Shown here piece by piece: positions 12,990 to 25,076 of a stretch of 64,000 bases of DNA (the first letter of the stretch is position 1; each line of letters opens with the position of its first letter). A program made the position numbers and the translations under genes. The notes below the pieces were generated by a model. It made no database searches and was not told the DNA's origin. It saw only the letters and a program-made list of their open reading frames with translations. This DNA is from Psammoneis japonica (lineage: Eukaryota). The DNA is taken from NCBI GenBank assembly GCA_008632985.1, contig QPGO01000044.1, positions 248,001-312,000 of the forward strand, written 5' to 3'.

Positions 12990-13760
12990 CCCTGCCAAAG
13001 TGACTGGGGATGGAATGAGTGACACAAAGCATGGAGTGCTTTTCCTCCTCTTTGATGCTGGCTTTGAGGCACAGCTTGTCATGGCAATCCAGTTCACAAT
13101 CTGCAAAGTGCCATGTGACATGTGGTCCTCCAATGAATCCATGAGATCAGCTCTGTCTTTTGCAGATGCAGATGGCAGCAAGTTCAGCCTCAGCGGTGCA
13201 CTGTTGTGAAGATTTCCGTGTGCCCGCATTGTGTCCATGGACGTGCTGTCATGTTTCTCCCAAAGTTCCTGCCACAAGTGCTAAATGTGTGATCCCATCT
13301 AAACAGCCCACACCAGAGGTGGGCATTGTTGTGCAGCATTGTTCCAACAGACCTGGCTGTTGCAAGTGAAACTCCTCAAAGGTGTTCCACAAGGATGAAT
13401 GTTGGCCATTGAAAACCTGACGCTGTCCCATGTCTGGCTGTGCCCACCACAAAGGACAGAGCATTGGGGTCACATTGGTCTCGTGCATCATTTCATCATG
13501 GAACCATGCTTCTGGTGAGGATGAAAGGAGAAGGTCTTGCAAGGGAGACATGGTGTCAATCTCATCACAGCACTTGCGCAATCCCCAAAGAAAGGTGCGT
13601 CTCCAGGCTTCATTGTCTGGGCAACCAAGGATGTGATCTCTGTCATCCATTGGACTTTTGCTTGAAAGACATTGATGAGGGCAGAAGGGATTGCATCTGG
13701 AACATCCCGGAAAGGACCTGAAACAGTCATTTCATGATGTGTCATGTGACCAAACCGTTT
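12990..13760 (-). mobile_element. Non-LTR retrotransposon 3' ORF fragment, degenerate
   Basis: DDRDHILGCP...QRQVFNGQ.SSLW...WQELWEKH resembles the zinc-knuckle/Trp-rich C-terminus of diatom non-LTR elements. Confidence 0.55.
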
Positions 13761-14209
13761 GACAAAAAGTCTTTTTGGCTGAATCTTTTGTCAAATGCAA
13801 GTGTCACAAAAGAGCACCCCGGTCATTCACAATTTGTCCCTTCTACAAGACAACTCGTTGTTTCAGAGTGGACAATTTCAGACAAAGATTTGTGAATCTT
13901 AAACCACACAGTTTAGAATTCAAACAAATCTTAAACCACATGGTTCAAGATTTTGACATTTTCTTCAAGATTTTGCAATTTTTGATGACAACATGGCACA
14001 AGATTTAGACAACATGGCACGATTTTTGATGACATGGTTTGAGATTTTGACAATTTGGTTTAAGATTGACAAAGCTTTTGAGACAACAAATGACAATGGG
14101 GTCTTCGCCATTTGCAACAGGTCCCTCTGACTGTGCAAAGGGCTGGCCCCATGCAACATGCACTGGTTGTTCCCAATCCATTCCATTGAAAGAGTCGTTG
14201 TGTGCAAAC

Positions 14210-17200
14210 AATTGTGCAATGTGTGCTGCACACATGAAAACAACACACACATGCACAATTGTGCATTGTTGCACATGTCAATTGTGCAACAGTCATGGAT
14301 GCCTGCGAAGGACAGATCAATCACACAGAATTGATCGGAAGTCAAAAATGGCAGTGTCAATTGCACTCAGATGATCTGACATCATGGCCACATTCTTTGA
14401 CAGGCCTTTAGTTCTACAGGACTGGCACAATCATTTCAAGCCACTGAGAACTTGTTTGGAGAATCCTTTGATCGCAGCACAAAATTCAGGTTTGTGATTT
14501 TCACTTTTTGTGATTTGTTTCTACTTAATTTGCACTCATTCTTCGAGCAAAGTGCATTGTGCATGCACACCACAGAAAGTGAACTCACGAAAAATGAAGC
14601 TTTCACCTCATGTGTCTGATGGCAAGTCTGCCATCAAGCAGGGAAAAATTGCACCAGCACCTCTGGAGTCAATCTCTGAGCCAAAGGCACTCAAAGAACC
14701 AAGTCAGCACATCATGATGGAGCAGTGTTTTCACCCAGGAGATGAGAAGAGTCAAACACACATGATCAATGTCAAGCACTGCAACAAGCAAGGTGTCCCC
14801 AAGTTTGTCAAATTTCTCAAAAATCACAACAAGGTCTTGGCAGGCCAAGGCATCATCACAAGGAACAAGCTGACAAGTTCTGACTTGTGTGCATGCCATT
14901 GCAGGGAGACACACTGTGTGTTTTTGAGATTGCAGCAATGAACATTGAAAACAGAAAGGCTGCAGGAGCCTTCAAAAAATGTCTCCAACATCTCTCCAGG
15001 CATGTCTTCCCAAGAACGCACTTTGAAATCAGAGACAACACCTCCTGTGACGTGATCTGAAGAAGCCGGAGGGCATGAAGATTCAAAAAATTGCCACTTG
15101 GGCACAGGAAGTCAATGCAGACTTCAAGTGCTGTCCTCCCTTTGCAAAAGAGCAAGGTTTGGACAATGACAAGATCTGTGACATCATCTGCAATCTTGCA
15201 CTGCATCATTGGCAATGTCAGTCAACCCTTCAAGGTTTTGAAATCTTGGGCCATGCCTTTGATGAGTTGGTGGAGTTTTTGAAACATCCAGAGTTGCAGA
15301 AGAGATTTTAGATGGTGCCCATGTCAAATCTGATGCTGCTGACAAGTCTGGGTCAAAATCCAAGGATGGAGCTGGTCATGGTTCCAAAAACAGTCACCTG
15401 TCTGGAACAAGCATTCGGAATCCAAGAAGCATTGCAATCATTGCAAAAAGTCCACTCACAACACAGACAAGTGCTGGGTCATTAAAAGACTTGCCAAAGA
15501 ATGCCAGGAGAATGGTGAACAAAACCCAAAATGGCAATGTTCATTCAGCAATTGCACGTGGTTGTGTTGGGATGCTAAAAATGCCTCTCCAAATGAAGAA
15601 CCAAATGCCATGAACACTCAGGCGGTCATGCAAACAATCAAGGCAAGTTCCTCATGGAAGGATTCAAAGTGCAAGAGCAAAGAATGTGACTCTGACACCC
15701 TCAGTGAGGAAAATTGTCAATTCAAAAAGTTGACTCACAGCAATTCCAAGGAATGACTGGCTCCTTTCAAGGAGTCTTGCATGTTTCTGGACATTGGGAA
15801 GCCTCAAAAAATGCCAAAGCAATTCACACCAGTCCAGCAGCCATTGCTCACATGAGTGCCTCTTTGGGAAAAGAGAAAAACAAGCCCTCACATGTTCTCC
15901 TTGATGGCGGAACATTGTCAACCATGATTTTGTGCAATTTGGTGCAGAAATTGAGAACAAAGAAATCCACCACCACAAAAACTTAAGAAACCAAGGGTGG
16001 ACTCTTTGTGACAGATGGTCAATGGGAAACGCAGTTCTCATCACCCAAATTTGATGAACACGAGTTAATTGAATCAACGGCGCATGTTGATGACCCAACT
16101 GCATCTTCAAGTTGCAATGACATGATCATGGGATGCAGCTTAATGAACAGTCTTGGAATTGTTTTAGACTTCTCAAATGAAGAAATTAAATGGGAAGATG
16201 CAACTGCACCAATGAAGAATGTTGATGCATTCTTTGATGCCAAAGTTTTTAAGTTGAGTGCTGATCATGTTGAAGATTCTTGTGCCATGAATGGTGGTCT
16301 CAATGACAGGATTCAACAAATCCTTTGCACTGATTGTCACACTGCTGACCTCAATGATGTGTTGGCCACAGCAACTCATCTAACCCCAGAGGATCAGAAG
16401 CAACTGAACTTCCTCCTAAAAAGATTTGAATCTCTTTTTGATGGTTCTCTGGGCAATGGACTGGAAAACTGGCAGATCTTGCAGTGAAACCTGGTGCAAA
16501 GCCATGTCATGCAAAAAACCATTTCCAGCTCTGCAAGCCTTGGAGGCAACTGCTCAAAAAGAAGTTGAAAGACTGTGCAAGTTAAAACTCTTAAGAAAAA
16601 CAAATCATTCTGAACAGACAGCTCCAACCTTTGTTCAAACCAAGCAAAATGGCAGAGTTTGGCTCCTCTCAGACTTCCAAGAGCTGAACAAGAGGTCAAC
16701 ACGCACCCCACATCCTGTCCCTGAGATGCAGGATGTGCTGCAGAAACCAGAAGGTTTTGTGTGTGCAATGTCACTTGATTTGAATGTGGCACACTGCCAC
16801 ATCAAGTTGATGCCATTTGCACAGTGATTGTGTTCTGTTGTCTTGCCATGGGGCAAGTGTGAATGCTGCAGACTGTCTGTGGGAATTTGTGGAGCTCCGG
16901 ATGTTTTTCAGGAGCACATGAGTGATCTCATGGCAGGTTTAGAGCATGTCAGGACTTGCACTGATGCCACACCATGCCAACCAAAGGTGACTTCAAAGAT
17001 CACCTCGCAAAGCTTGAGACAATGTTCACATGGCTCAAACAAGCCGGTCTCAAAGTCAATGCTGAAAAGTCATTTTTTGCCAAGCCTCAAGTTGCCCATC
17101 TGGGCTCACATGTTGTGAAAAATGGCATTGCACCAATTGCCAAGAAAGTGGGGGCAATTCAAGTGATCACAACTCCTGCTGCTTGCAAGGAACTGTGTCA

Positions 17201-19220
17201 TTTCATTGGAATGATCAATTGTTGCCATTGTGACATGTGGTCTCAATGGTCTCATGCACTTGCTCCACCAGCCAGGCTCACCTCATCTAAGGCAAAGTGG
17301 CAATGGACGAGCACGGAACAAAAAGCCTTCAAAAATGTGAAGTGAATTGCCTCAAAGGATGTGTTGTCATCCTGCCCAAATTTTGATGAACCCTTTGAGA
17401 CACATGCTGATGCAAGTGATGCTCAATTCAAATTGGGTGCAGTCACAACATGGAACACCAGACCCATTGCCTTTTGCAGTCACAAGCTAAATGCAGCACA
17501 GGTGTGCTGCACAACAATGGAAAAAGAACTTCTGTCCACAGTTGAGACACTTGTGAAATTCTAAAATGCCCTGTTTGGCCAACAGACAAAGATGTGTGCA
17601 GACCACAAGAATCTCACTCATGAGATTTTTGCAATGGACAGAGTCATGCATTGGCAACTTGCAACAGAAGAATGCAGCCCCAATCAATTTGCCTCAGGGG
17701 CAAGGCAAACTTTGTGGCAGATGCGTTCAGCCAACTTGCTGTGAAAGCAACAGAACCTGTGGAAAACCTCAGCACTGAAGAGCAGGCTGAGAGAAGGTTG
17801 CGCCTAAATCCTGTGACAATGTCTTTCCATTGACATGCAAAGTTCGTGATGCTGCACAAAAATGGGACAAAGACATTCTTTCCAAATTGCAGGATGCAAC
17901 ACATCACACAAAGACTTTCCATGGAGGTGAGCATGACCAGTTGCTCACATGTCACAAGGACAAAATCATTGTTCCAAGGACATCACAAAAAGTGGTGACA
18001 GATTGGCATCATGCATGCCTTCTGCATCCTGGCACAAATGGAGCTGAAGAGACAACATCCCAGCACTTGTGGTGGTCTGCCTCACATGAAGACATAAGAA
18101 ACTGCATGTCCAAGGGTGAGAGGATGTGCCAAAAATTTAAGAAAAAACACAAGAAATGCAGACATTTGCCCCCTGGGTGAGTGGAAACAGTGCCATGGGA
18201 AAAACAACATCAGGATCTCATTGGACCATCCAAAATGCGTCACAAGGGCAAGCAGAAACCCCTGGTCCTAAAATGCTTGACAATGACAGATCCGGCAACA
18301 GGATGGTTTGAAGCAGTGGAAATTCCAAATGAGGAATCCATGACCATTGCTGGGCCATTAGAACAAACCTGGCTGAGCAGATGTCCTTGGCCATCATTGA
18401 TCACTTGTGATTGTGGAAGTGAGTTCACTGGACACCAATTTAAAAATGTGGCTGAAAAGGACTGTGGCATCAAAGTCAAGCCTGCAACTGCACAAAATCT
18501 GCAAGCAAATGCCACAATTGAGCATGTGCATCAAGCACTGGGCAACATGCTGCATGCAGTTGATCCACAGAATGCATCCCTGGACACAGAAAATCCCTTC
18601 ATTGGAGTGTCATCAGCAGTGGCCTTTGCAGCACATTCTGCATGTTACACCACTGTGCAAGCCACACCAGGACAATTGGTCTTAAATGGAGACATGACAT
18701 TTGACACCCAGCGTGTGTCCAAAATTGTTCTCCCACACATTTCACAGCACAAATCATGCAAGGAAAAACCCTGATGTGGACACTTTTTGGACACTCCTGG
18801 ACACAAGGCCAACATGCAGTCAGGGAGGCAAATGCAACACATGCCGTGTGCATGAAAACAATGCGCATGTTTGCAACTGTGCACCGTTGCACATGTCAAT
18901 CAAGCAACAATCGTGGATGCATGCAAAGGACAGATGGATCACACAGAATTGATCGGAAGTCAAAAATGGCAAATCCGATCCCACGATGATGTTGACACAT
19001 GATGTGTCAACGACGTCAATTGCACTCAGACAATCTAATGTCATCATCATGCAGCATTCTCTGATGGGCCTTTGTTCCTGTGGGACCAGCGCAATTGTTT
19101 TGGGCCATTGAGAACTCATTTGGAGAATCCTTTGACTGCAGCATGAAATTTGGGTTCACAATTTCCACTTTTCTTGATTTGCTCCACTTTCATCTGCACT
19201 TGTTCTTTGAGCACAGTGCA
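14210..19220 (+). mobile_element. Ty3/Gypsy LTR retrotransposon, degenerate: LTR-gag-PR-RT-RH-IN-LTR (ends approximate)
   Basis: Direct repeats about 14210-14560 and 18830-19220 share tcacacagaattgatcggaagtcaaaaatggca. PR VLLDGG, RT SDFQELNK/SLDLN/LPWGK, RH HADASD/EKELLS, IN DLIGP/DPATGWFE/GSEF. Confidence 0.88.
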
Positions 19221-19789
19221 ATTGGCTGCATTGTCAATGCACAGATTATGAAAGTTTTTCAGGAAGTGCCACTGCAAAGTCTTTGGGGTGCGTGCAATGG
19301 GTCACGGGACTTTGAAAAAGTGGATGCATGGATTTCCAGCCCATCTGCCTAAAATGTGTTGCTGCCCCACTGTGCAGCATGCCTTCTGGTGCTTTTCCAA
19401 CAAGGAGCGTGCAAATTCAAAATCAACAGTGAAAATGGCACTTGTCTTGGCAGTGCTCATTTCAAAGATGATTGTCTTGATGCCACCAGCAACCCCTGTC
19501 CTGTGACTCATGTGCATGACTTGTGGTGCTGTGGTGAGAAAATTGTGTGTTTTGAGTTGCAGTTGTGTGTCTTGTGGTGCAGTGTTGTGTTTTGATGCTT
19601 TTTGGGTGTGTTGTTGCCTGACCTTGTCTCACTCATGGTTGTTCATTTTGTCTTGTGTTTGCCATTGATGTGCCACAAGTGAAATGGATCGAGCTGTGGA
19701 TTGTGGGGTCAACCCAGGTGACCAGTGCTGCTGATCAATCTGGGGTGCATGAGGAACCACTTCTTGTCATTGGCGCATGACAGCTGGAC

Positions 19790-20765
19790 TTGGAACTCAA
19801 CAAAAACACCTGGACTGGCTTACATGCAACAATGTTGGGCCATCATTGCGTGTTTGATTTGTTTGATCATCTGTCCTTGGAGTTGAGCATGATCAATCTT
19901 GTGCTCATCCTTGATGTTTGGTGTGTTTGTGCTGCTTTTACGTTGTTTGTTTGCAGTGGCTCTTCTTAGAACTAAAAAAAAAACACCTGGATTGGCTTTT
20001 GTGCAACAAGTTTGGACAACATTTGTGTGCTTGATCAATTTGGTCATGCACCCTTGGAGTTGAGCATGACAAATCTTGCACTCATCCTTGCTGTTGGGTG
20101 CATTGGCTCTGCTTTTGGGTTGTTTGTTTGCAATGGCTCTCATTCTTGGAACTGAAAAAAACACATGGTTTGGCTTTCATCTGATGAGTTTGGACAACAT
20201 CTCTTTGTGGTTTGTTCATTTGGTCATGCATCCTTGGAGTTGAGTGTGATCAATCTCACACTCATCCTTGCGGTTGGGTGCGTTGGTGCCACTTTTGCGT
20301 CATTTGCATGTGATGGCTCTTCTTGGAACACTCAACAAAAACACCTAGATTGGCTTTTGTTCAATGAGTTTGGATGGCATCTTTGTGGTTGATTCATTTG
20401 GGTGTGCATCCTTGGAGTTCAGCATGATCAATCTTGTGCTCGTCCTTGTTGTTGGGTGCACTGGGACCGCTTTGCATTGTTTTGCATTGTTTGCATGCAA
20501 TGGCTCTTCTTGGAACTCAACAAAAACACCTGGATTGGCTTCTGTGCAACAATTTTGGACTTTTGCAAGTTTGTTTGATCCATTTGGTTGTGCATCCTTG
20601 CAGTTGAGCGCAATTTATCTTGCCCTCATCCTCATTGTTGGGTGTGCTGGAAACACTTTTGTGTCCATTTTGTGGGGTGTTTCTCCCCAGAATGGCTTGT
20701 GTGCAACAATTTTGGACTCTCATTGTGTGTTTGGACCATTCAGTTGTGTGTCCTTAGAGTCGAGC
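19790..20765. repeat. Tandem array of about 5.5 units of ~178 bp
   Basis: The anchor ggaact...aaaacacctggattggctt recurs near 19793, 19968, 20148, 20325 and 20511; ccttggagttgagc...caatcttg..ctcatccttg occurs in each unit. Confidence 0.85.
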
Positions 20766-22479
20766 AAGAGTGCAAAACTTTGTTGGATGGTTTGAAAGCA
20801 GGACAAGACGTGGAGTTTTTCTGTGGCATGTGCCTTGCAATTGTGCTGCAGTCTGGTTTGTGTGCTTTTTAACATTGGCAAGGAATTGCTCAGCTCCACC
20901 ACATGGCAGCTCATTGCATGGTCAGGATGATGTTTCCACAAGCCACAATCTGGTGGAAATGACACAGTGGCTGCAACACAGTCCTTCTTGTCAGTTGTCA
21001 ATGGCATTCAATCTGGCTTGTTTCACAGCCTTTTTCCTCTGCACTGCCGACCGAGGACCAAAGTGCAAAAAAAAGTTGTGTTCTGGCTTCTTGCTGCACA
21101 CCACCAAGACCGCAAATTGCAGTGGCTCAAACACACATCTTGTCACAACAACCAAAAGCAACACTGGGGGCCCTGTTGCAGCTTTCTTTGTTGTTTTGCC
21201 CCTGTGATGTTGTCCCAGTGATGGTGTGTTCATGAATGGAGCCGTGATGCCATGGTGCACTTTCTTGCATTTTTTGTTGATTGCAAACAAGACAATTTCA
21301 AATCTTCTTGTTGACAAACAACAGATTCCACTCAATGTGTTGCACGTGTGTTTCCTGTTGGGTGTTCTGTCAGCCAACAATTGCCTTGTTTCAGATTTGG
21401 AGATAATTTCAGATTGTGACAAATCTTAAACCAACCAGTTTTTAAGATTTGCAAATCTTGAACTGTCCAGCATTGAGCATTCACAGTTTAAGAGTGGGAA
21501 ACGAGCACAATGTCCAAAAGACTGTTGTTTGGACATTGACTTGTTCTAGACTTAGGTGGCGCGCACATGCCCCTTTTCGCAGAAAAAATAATTTTTTAAT
21601 GCTTTATACAACACCGTACATATTTAATAAAATTGATCATACGAATGGCTTATAAGTAAAATAAACAGAATAAACTCGAACAAACAAACAGCCAAAACGG
21701 CCATGGCTTTCAGTGACCATGACGGCCCACTTTTTTCAGCCTTGTGGAAAATTGAATGCCATGACCAGGATCTCCGTATTTGATATAGTCTGTGTCATCA
21801 ACAACAATAGTGAAAATGCTTGTTGAAGGCTGCAGCGCGGCACAATAATGCTAAATCTGTCAGCAACAACAATTGAGCCTCTATTCACTCACAATTTGCC
21901 TCTAAGGACCATTTCTTTTCGATTACCATGTATATTTCCTCAATATATTCGACTGATTCAAGTGTATCAATCGTTTATGCCTTTTAAACCGTGAAAAATG
22001 GTCCGAAGTCGACGCCATTGCGTGGGCTGAGCTAGCCTACACTTCTTCTCACGTCGTCATAGACCTATTAATCAACGAATGCTTTATTCGATCCGTTGAG
22101 TGTAACTCGTATTCGCATATAAAAACAAAATATTAATTATGCTATGTTAAGGACTTAATTTATATATATTAATAATATTTTATATGTTTCTTGTTACATT
22201 AAGGCATATATAAATCGCTCATCGGAAAATTCGAGCTCTCAACTTACGGTACAATTTAGCGACTAATGATGAGTCCATCAACAGTTTCGAATACAGTACA
22301 TGGGTACACGCACAAGACAATTCTGTATGTACCCATAACAACACATTTGTAAATTGTTATGTTTTTACTGTCGAAAATGGTGCCGCAAGTGTGGACCGCG
22401 CGTTTCATGCAAAAAGGGTCATTTTTTCGCGCGTGAGTGCACCCAAGTCTGGAACAAGTCCATTTTTGAAGAAAGTTTC

Positions 22480-24620
22480 TCAAATGGCTTTGTCCATTGT
22501 TCAGTTCCGGTCATGCTCACAATTTTCAACGTGGCACAAATGTGTGAAATGACCAAATTCAGTCATTTTTGGCAATGTCCCTGTGGGCAATCTTGTTGGC
22601 AGGCAACAGTTCATGCATCAGTTTGACCACAGACACATGTTGTTTGGAAAAATGTTTGGCCAGGGTGGCATGGACGTTCCAGTCTGTCTGCAATGTGACA
22701 GTCTCATCCCACTCGTTTTGCTCCCACGTGCAGTTCACAAGAGCAAGGGCCATTGCTGCACATCACACAGAGGCTTCAAGGCCAGCAGCTGCCATTTCAT
22801 CTGAGAAAGAAAGGTGTGCTTGGCATTGCAACAAGGGCATGATGGCAGTTGCATCCTTGGAAATTTGCGCCTGGTAACAGCACGCCAATCTGTCAGCACA
22901 GATGTTGACTCTTGCACTTAGAGGCAGTGCTGCAACTGGGGATTGCTGGTCTTGATGTCCTTTGACCCACATTTTGTGGGAGGAACTTGGCCTTGTGAGG
23001 AGTCTTCCAACAGCTCTTGAATTTCCGTGGATGTGTCTGGAGCATCTCATTTGCCACACTCCAATCTGAAAAAGCACATTTCTTGCTCCATGGTGGCAAG
23101 TGCAGCAGTCTTTGTCCTGATTGTCTTGAACAATGGGGTCAATGGAAGGTCAAGAAGAGTGCAATCTCTAGAGAACTTTTGCCAAGGCCTTGTTGTCACA
23201 CCAGTTTTCCAGTCCGCGATGCTTGGAAATCCTGCAATGCTCAAAAACACAAAAAAGAAATCACAGAACCAACAGAACCACACATGCTTTTGCACAGCAT
23301 GAAGACGGTGACTGACCAAACACAGGACCTGCACAGTCCACTGACAGAGTGGCTGCCCTGTGATGCAATGGTCCACCCAAAGGCAGCTTGCCAATGAAGA
23401 ATGGATCTGTCACTGCCAGTGGTTGTGCTTCCTGCAATCAACAGGTCAATCAAGGAGTTGAGAGGCATGCAAAATGTCACATCCCAAAAGAGGGCTGATT
23501 CCCACTGAGGCAAAGCTTGCAAATGATCTTGGAGCAGGTCAGGAAAAGGCAACTGCCTTTCTGGAGCAAGGCCAGCATGGTGTGGAGTGAATTGCCACAA
23601 GCCAGTTTGAGCGGTGCACGGCAAGGCTTTTCTTCTTTGACATTGTTTGGCATGCTGACACTGCTGAGACAGGTGGGGTCACCACACATCTTGGATTGAT
23701 TGAGGTTCAAACAGCAGGCAAAAGTGATGTCAGACATGGTGGTGAGAACCTTGAGGGACATTTGGCAACAATTGATCTGTCAGATGTCTTGCACAGAGAG
23801 CTGATTGGCGTCCAGAGCAACATCCATCAAAAACTGGTTGTTGTTCCTCTGGAGGGAGAGAGCGCCATCATCTGACAAGTGAATCTTGCCATCCACATGA
23901 TTCAAGAACAACTGAATGGAGGCAAGCCACAAAGATTTGCAATGTGCATGAGGAGTGCTCATGTCTGACAGAAAGCCAGCACCTGCACCAAGTTAAAGCT
24001 GAATCCAGGAAATGGCAATGTGGACAGCTTTGCAGGGTTGATCATTGGTCAGAAGAGTTTGAGCACCTTCAGCATGCCGAAAAAGTTGTTGAATCTGTGT
24101 GACACCCTGCTCTGCATTGAACAACCTGAAGCCGCCGCCACCACCACCACCACCGAGTGATTGGGCCCAAAAATGCAAGTTGTTTTGTGTTGCGGTTGCA
24201 TCTGCACTTGTCAAAAATGGTGTGCATTGCACGTTGTTGGATCTTTGACAGCTGTTCCATCACAAAATGTGAGTTGGCTGGGACAAATGTGACAGACAGC
24301 AAGTGGTGTGCACGGCAATGCCGCCACAGTTTCACCCAATCTAGAGGAACTGACCAAATGAACAAGGCTTTCCCAAGGCTCTTAGCCTTCAGCACTTGGC
24401 ACTTGAAGCTGCTTTTCTTGAGAGCCAGCTGAGAAGATTTTGACACCCAAGTTGTCGTTGTGCGGGCACAAGCTGGGCTCTCCAAATTCCGAATGCTCCC
24501 ACTCAATGACGTGGACGAGCTCCAACTCGTGGCCACTGGCATGGAGCCCCTGGAGGCTGCAGAGACGCACGGAAGTCATTCACTTGTTTGGAGGTGTCAT
24601 CTTAGAGAGAGAGCACCGGT
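22480..24620 (-). mobile_element. Non-LTR retrotransposon fragment (RT thumb region and RNase H), degenerate
   Basis: GGGGFRLFNAEQGVTQIQ, QFLMDVAL, GSDRS...AAFGWTI, WVKGHQD...ARVNICADRLA (RNase H motifs). Confidence 0.75.
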
Positions 24621-25076
24621 GGATGGAGGGCCCCACCGTGTTGATCTTGCAACTGTCGTCACATTGTTTGTTTCAACGGCGGGGCAGCGGTGCGTCAGCC
24701 GTTGAAAATCGCTCTATGATATATTATTAAATATAAGAATGAATGAAATTTTATATTATTTTTTCTCCTTAATGTACTTCCACATGACTGTAGATGGAGG
24801 CGAATCCAGCGCACGCGCCATTTCAACGCTCACCAATTTCAACGCAGCCGCACTTTTCCCTCTCGAAAGCAATCCCACATCGGGACGCCACATTTTCTCC
24901 TTTTCTATGCCAACTGAGCCACCATGAACGCCAACAAGTCGATCAAAATAGAATTGCAAGTCTCTGGTTGCATGTCTAATTCTCTTGATGCCGGAAAAAT
25001 AGGAGCCTTAGTCTCAGACGCCCTCAATAGCCATCCTTCAGAGCAAATTCGGTGTCTTCAATTTCAAGTATGTGAC

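Noticed and set aside
19790..20765. CRISPR-like array
   Set aside because: The whole ~178-bp unit is repeated, with no unique spacers and no cas genes, in a eukaryotic context.
4300..24700. Hundreds of overlapping Cys/His/Gln-rich ORFs in all six frames
   Set aside because: A by-product of TA loss: TAA/TAG stops vanish and TGY/CAY/CAR codons accumulate. They are not genes.
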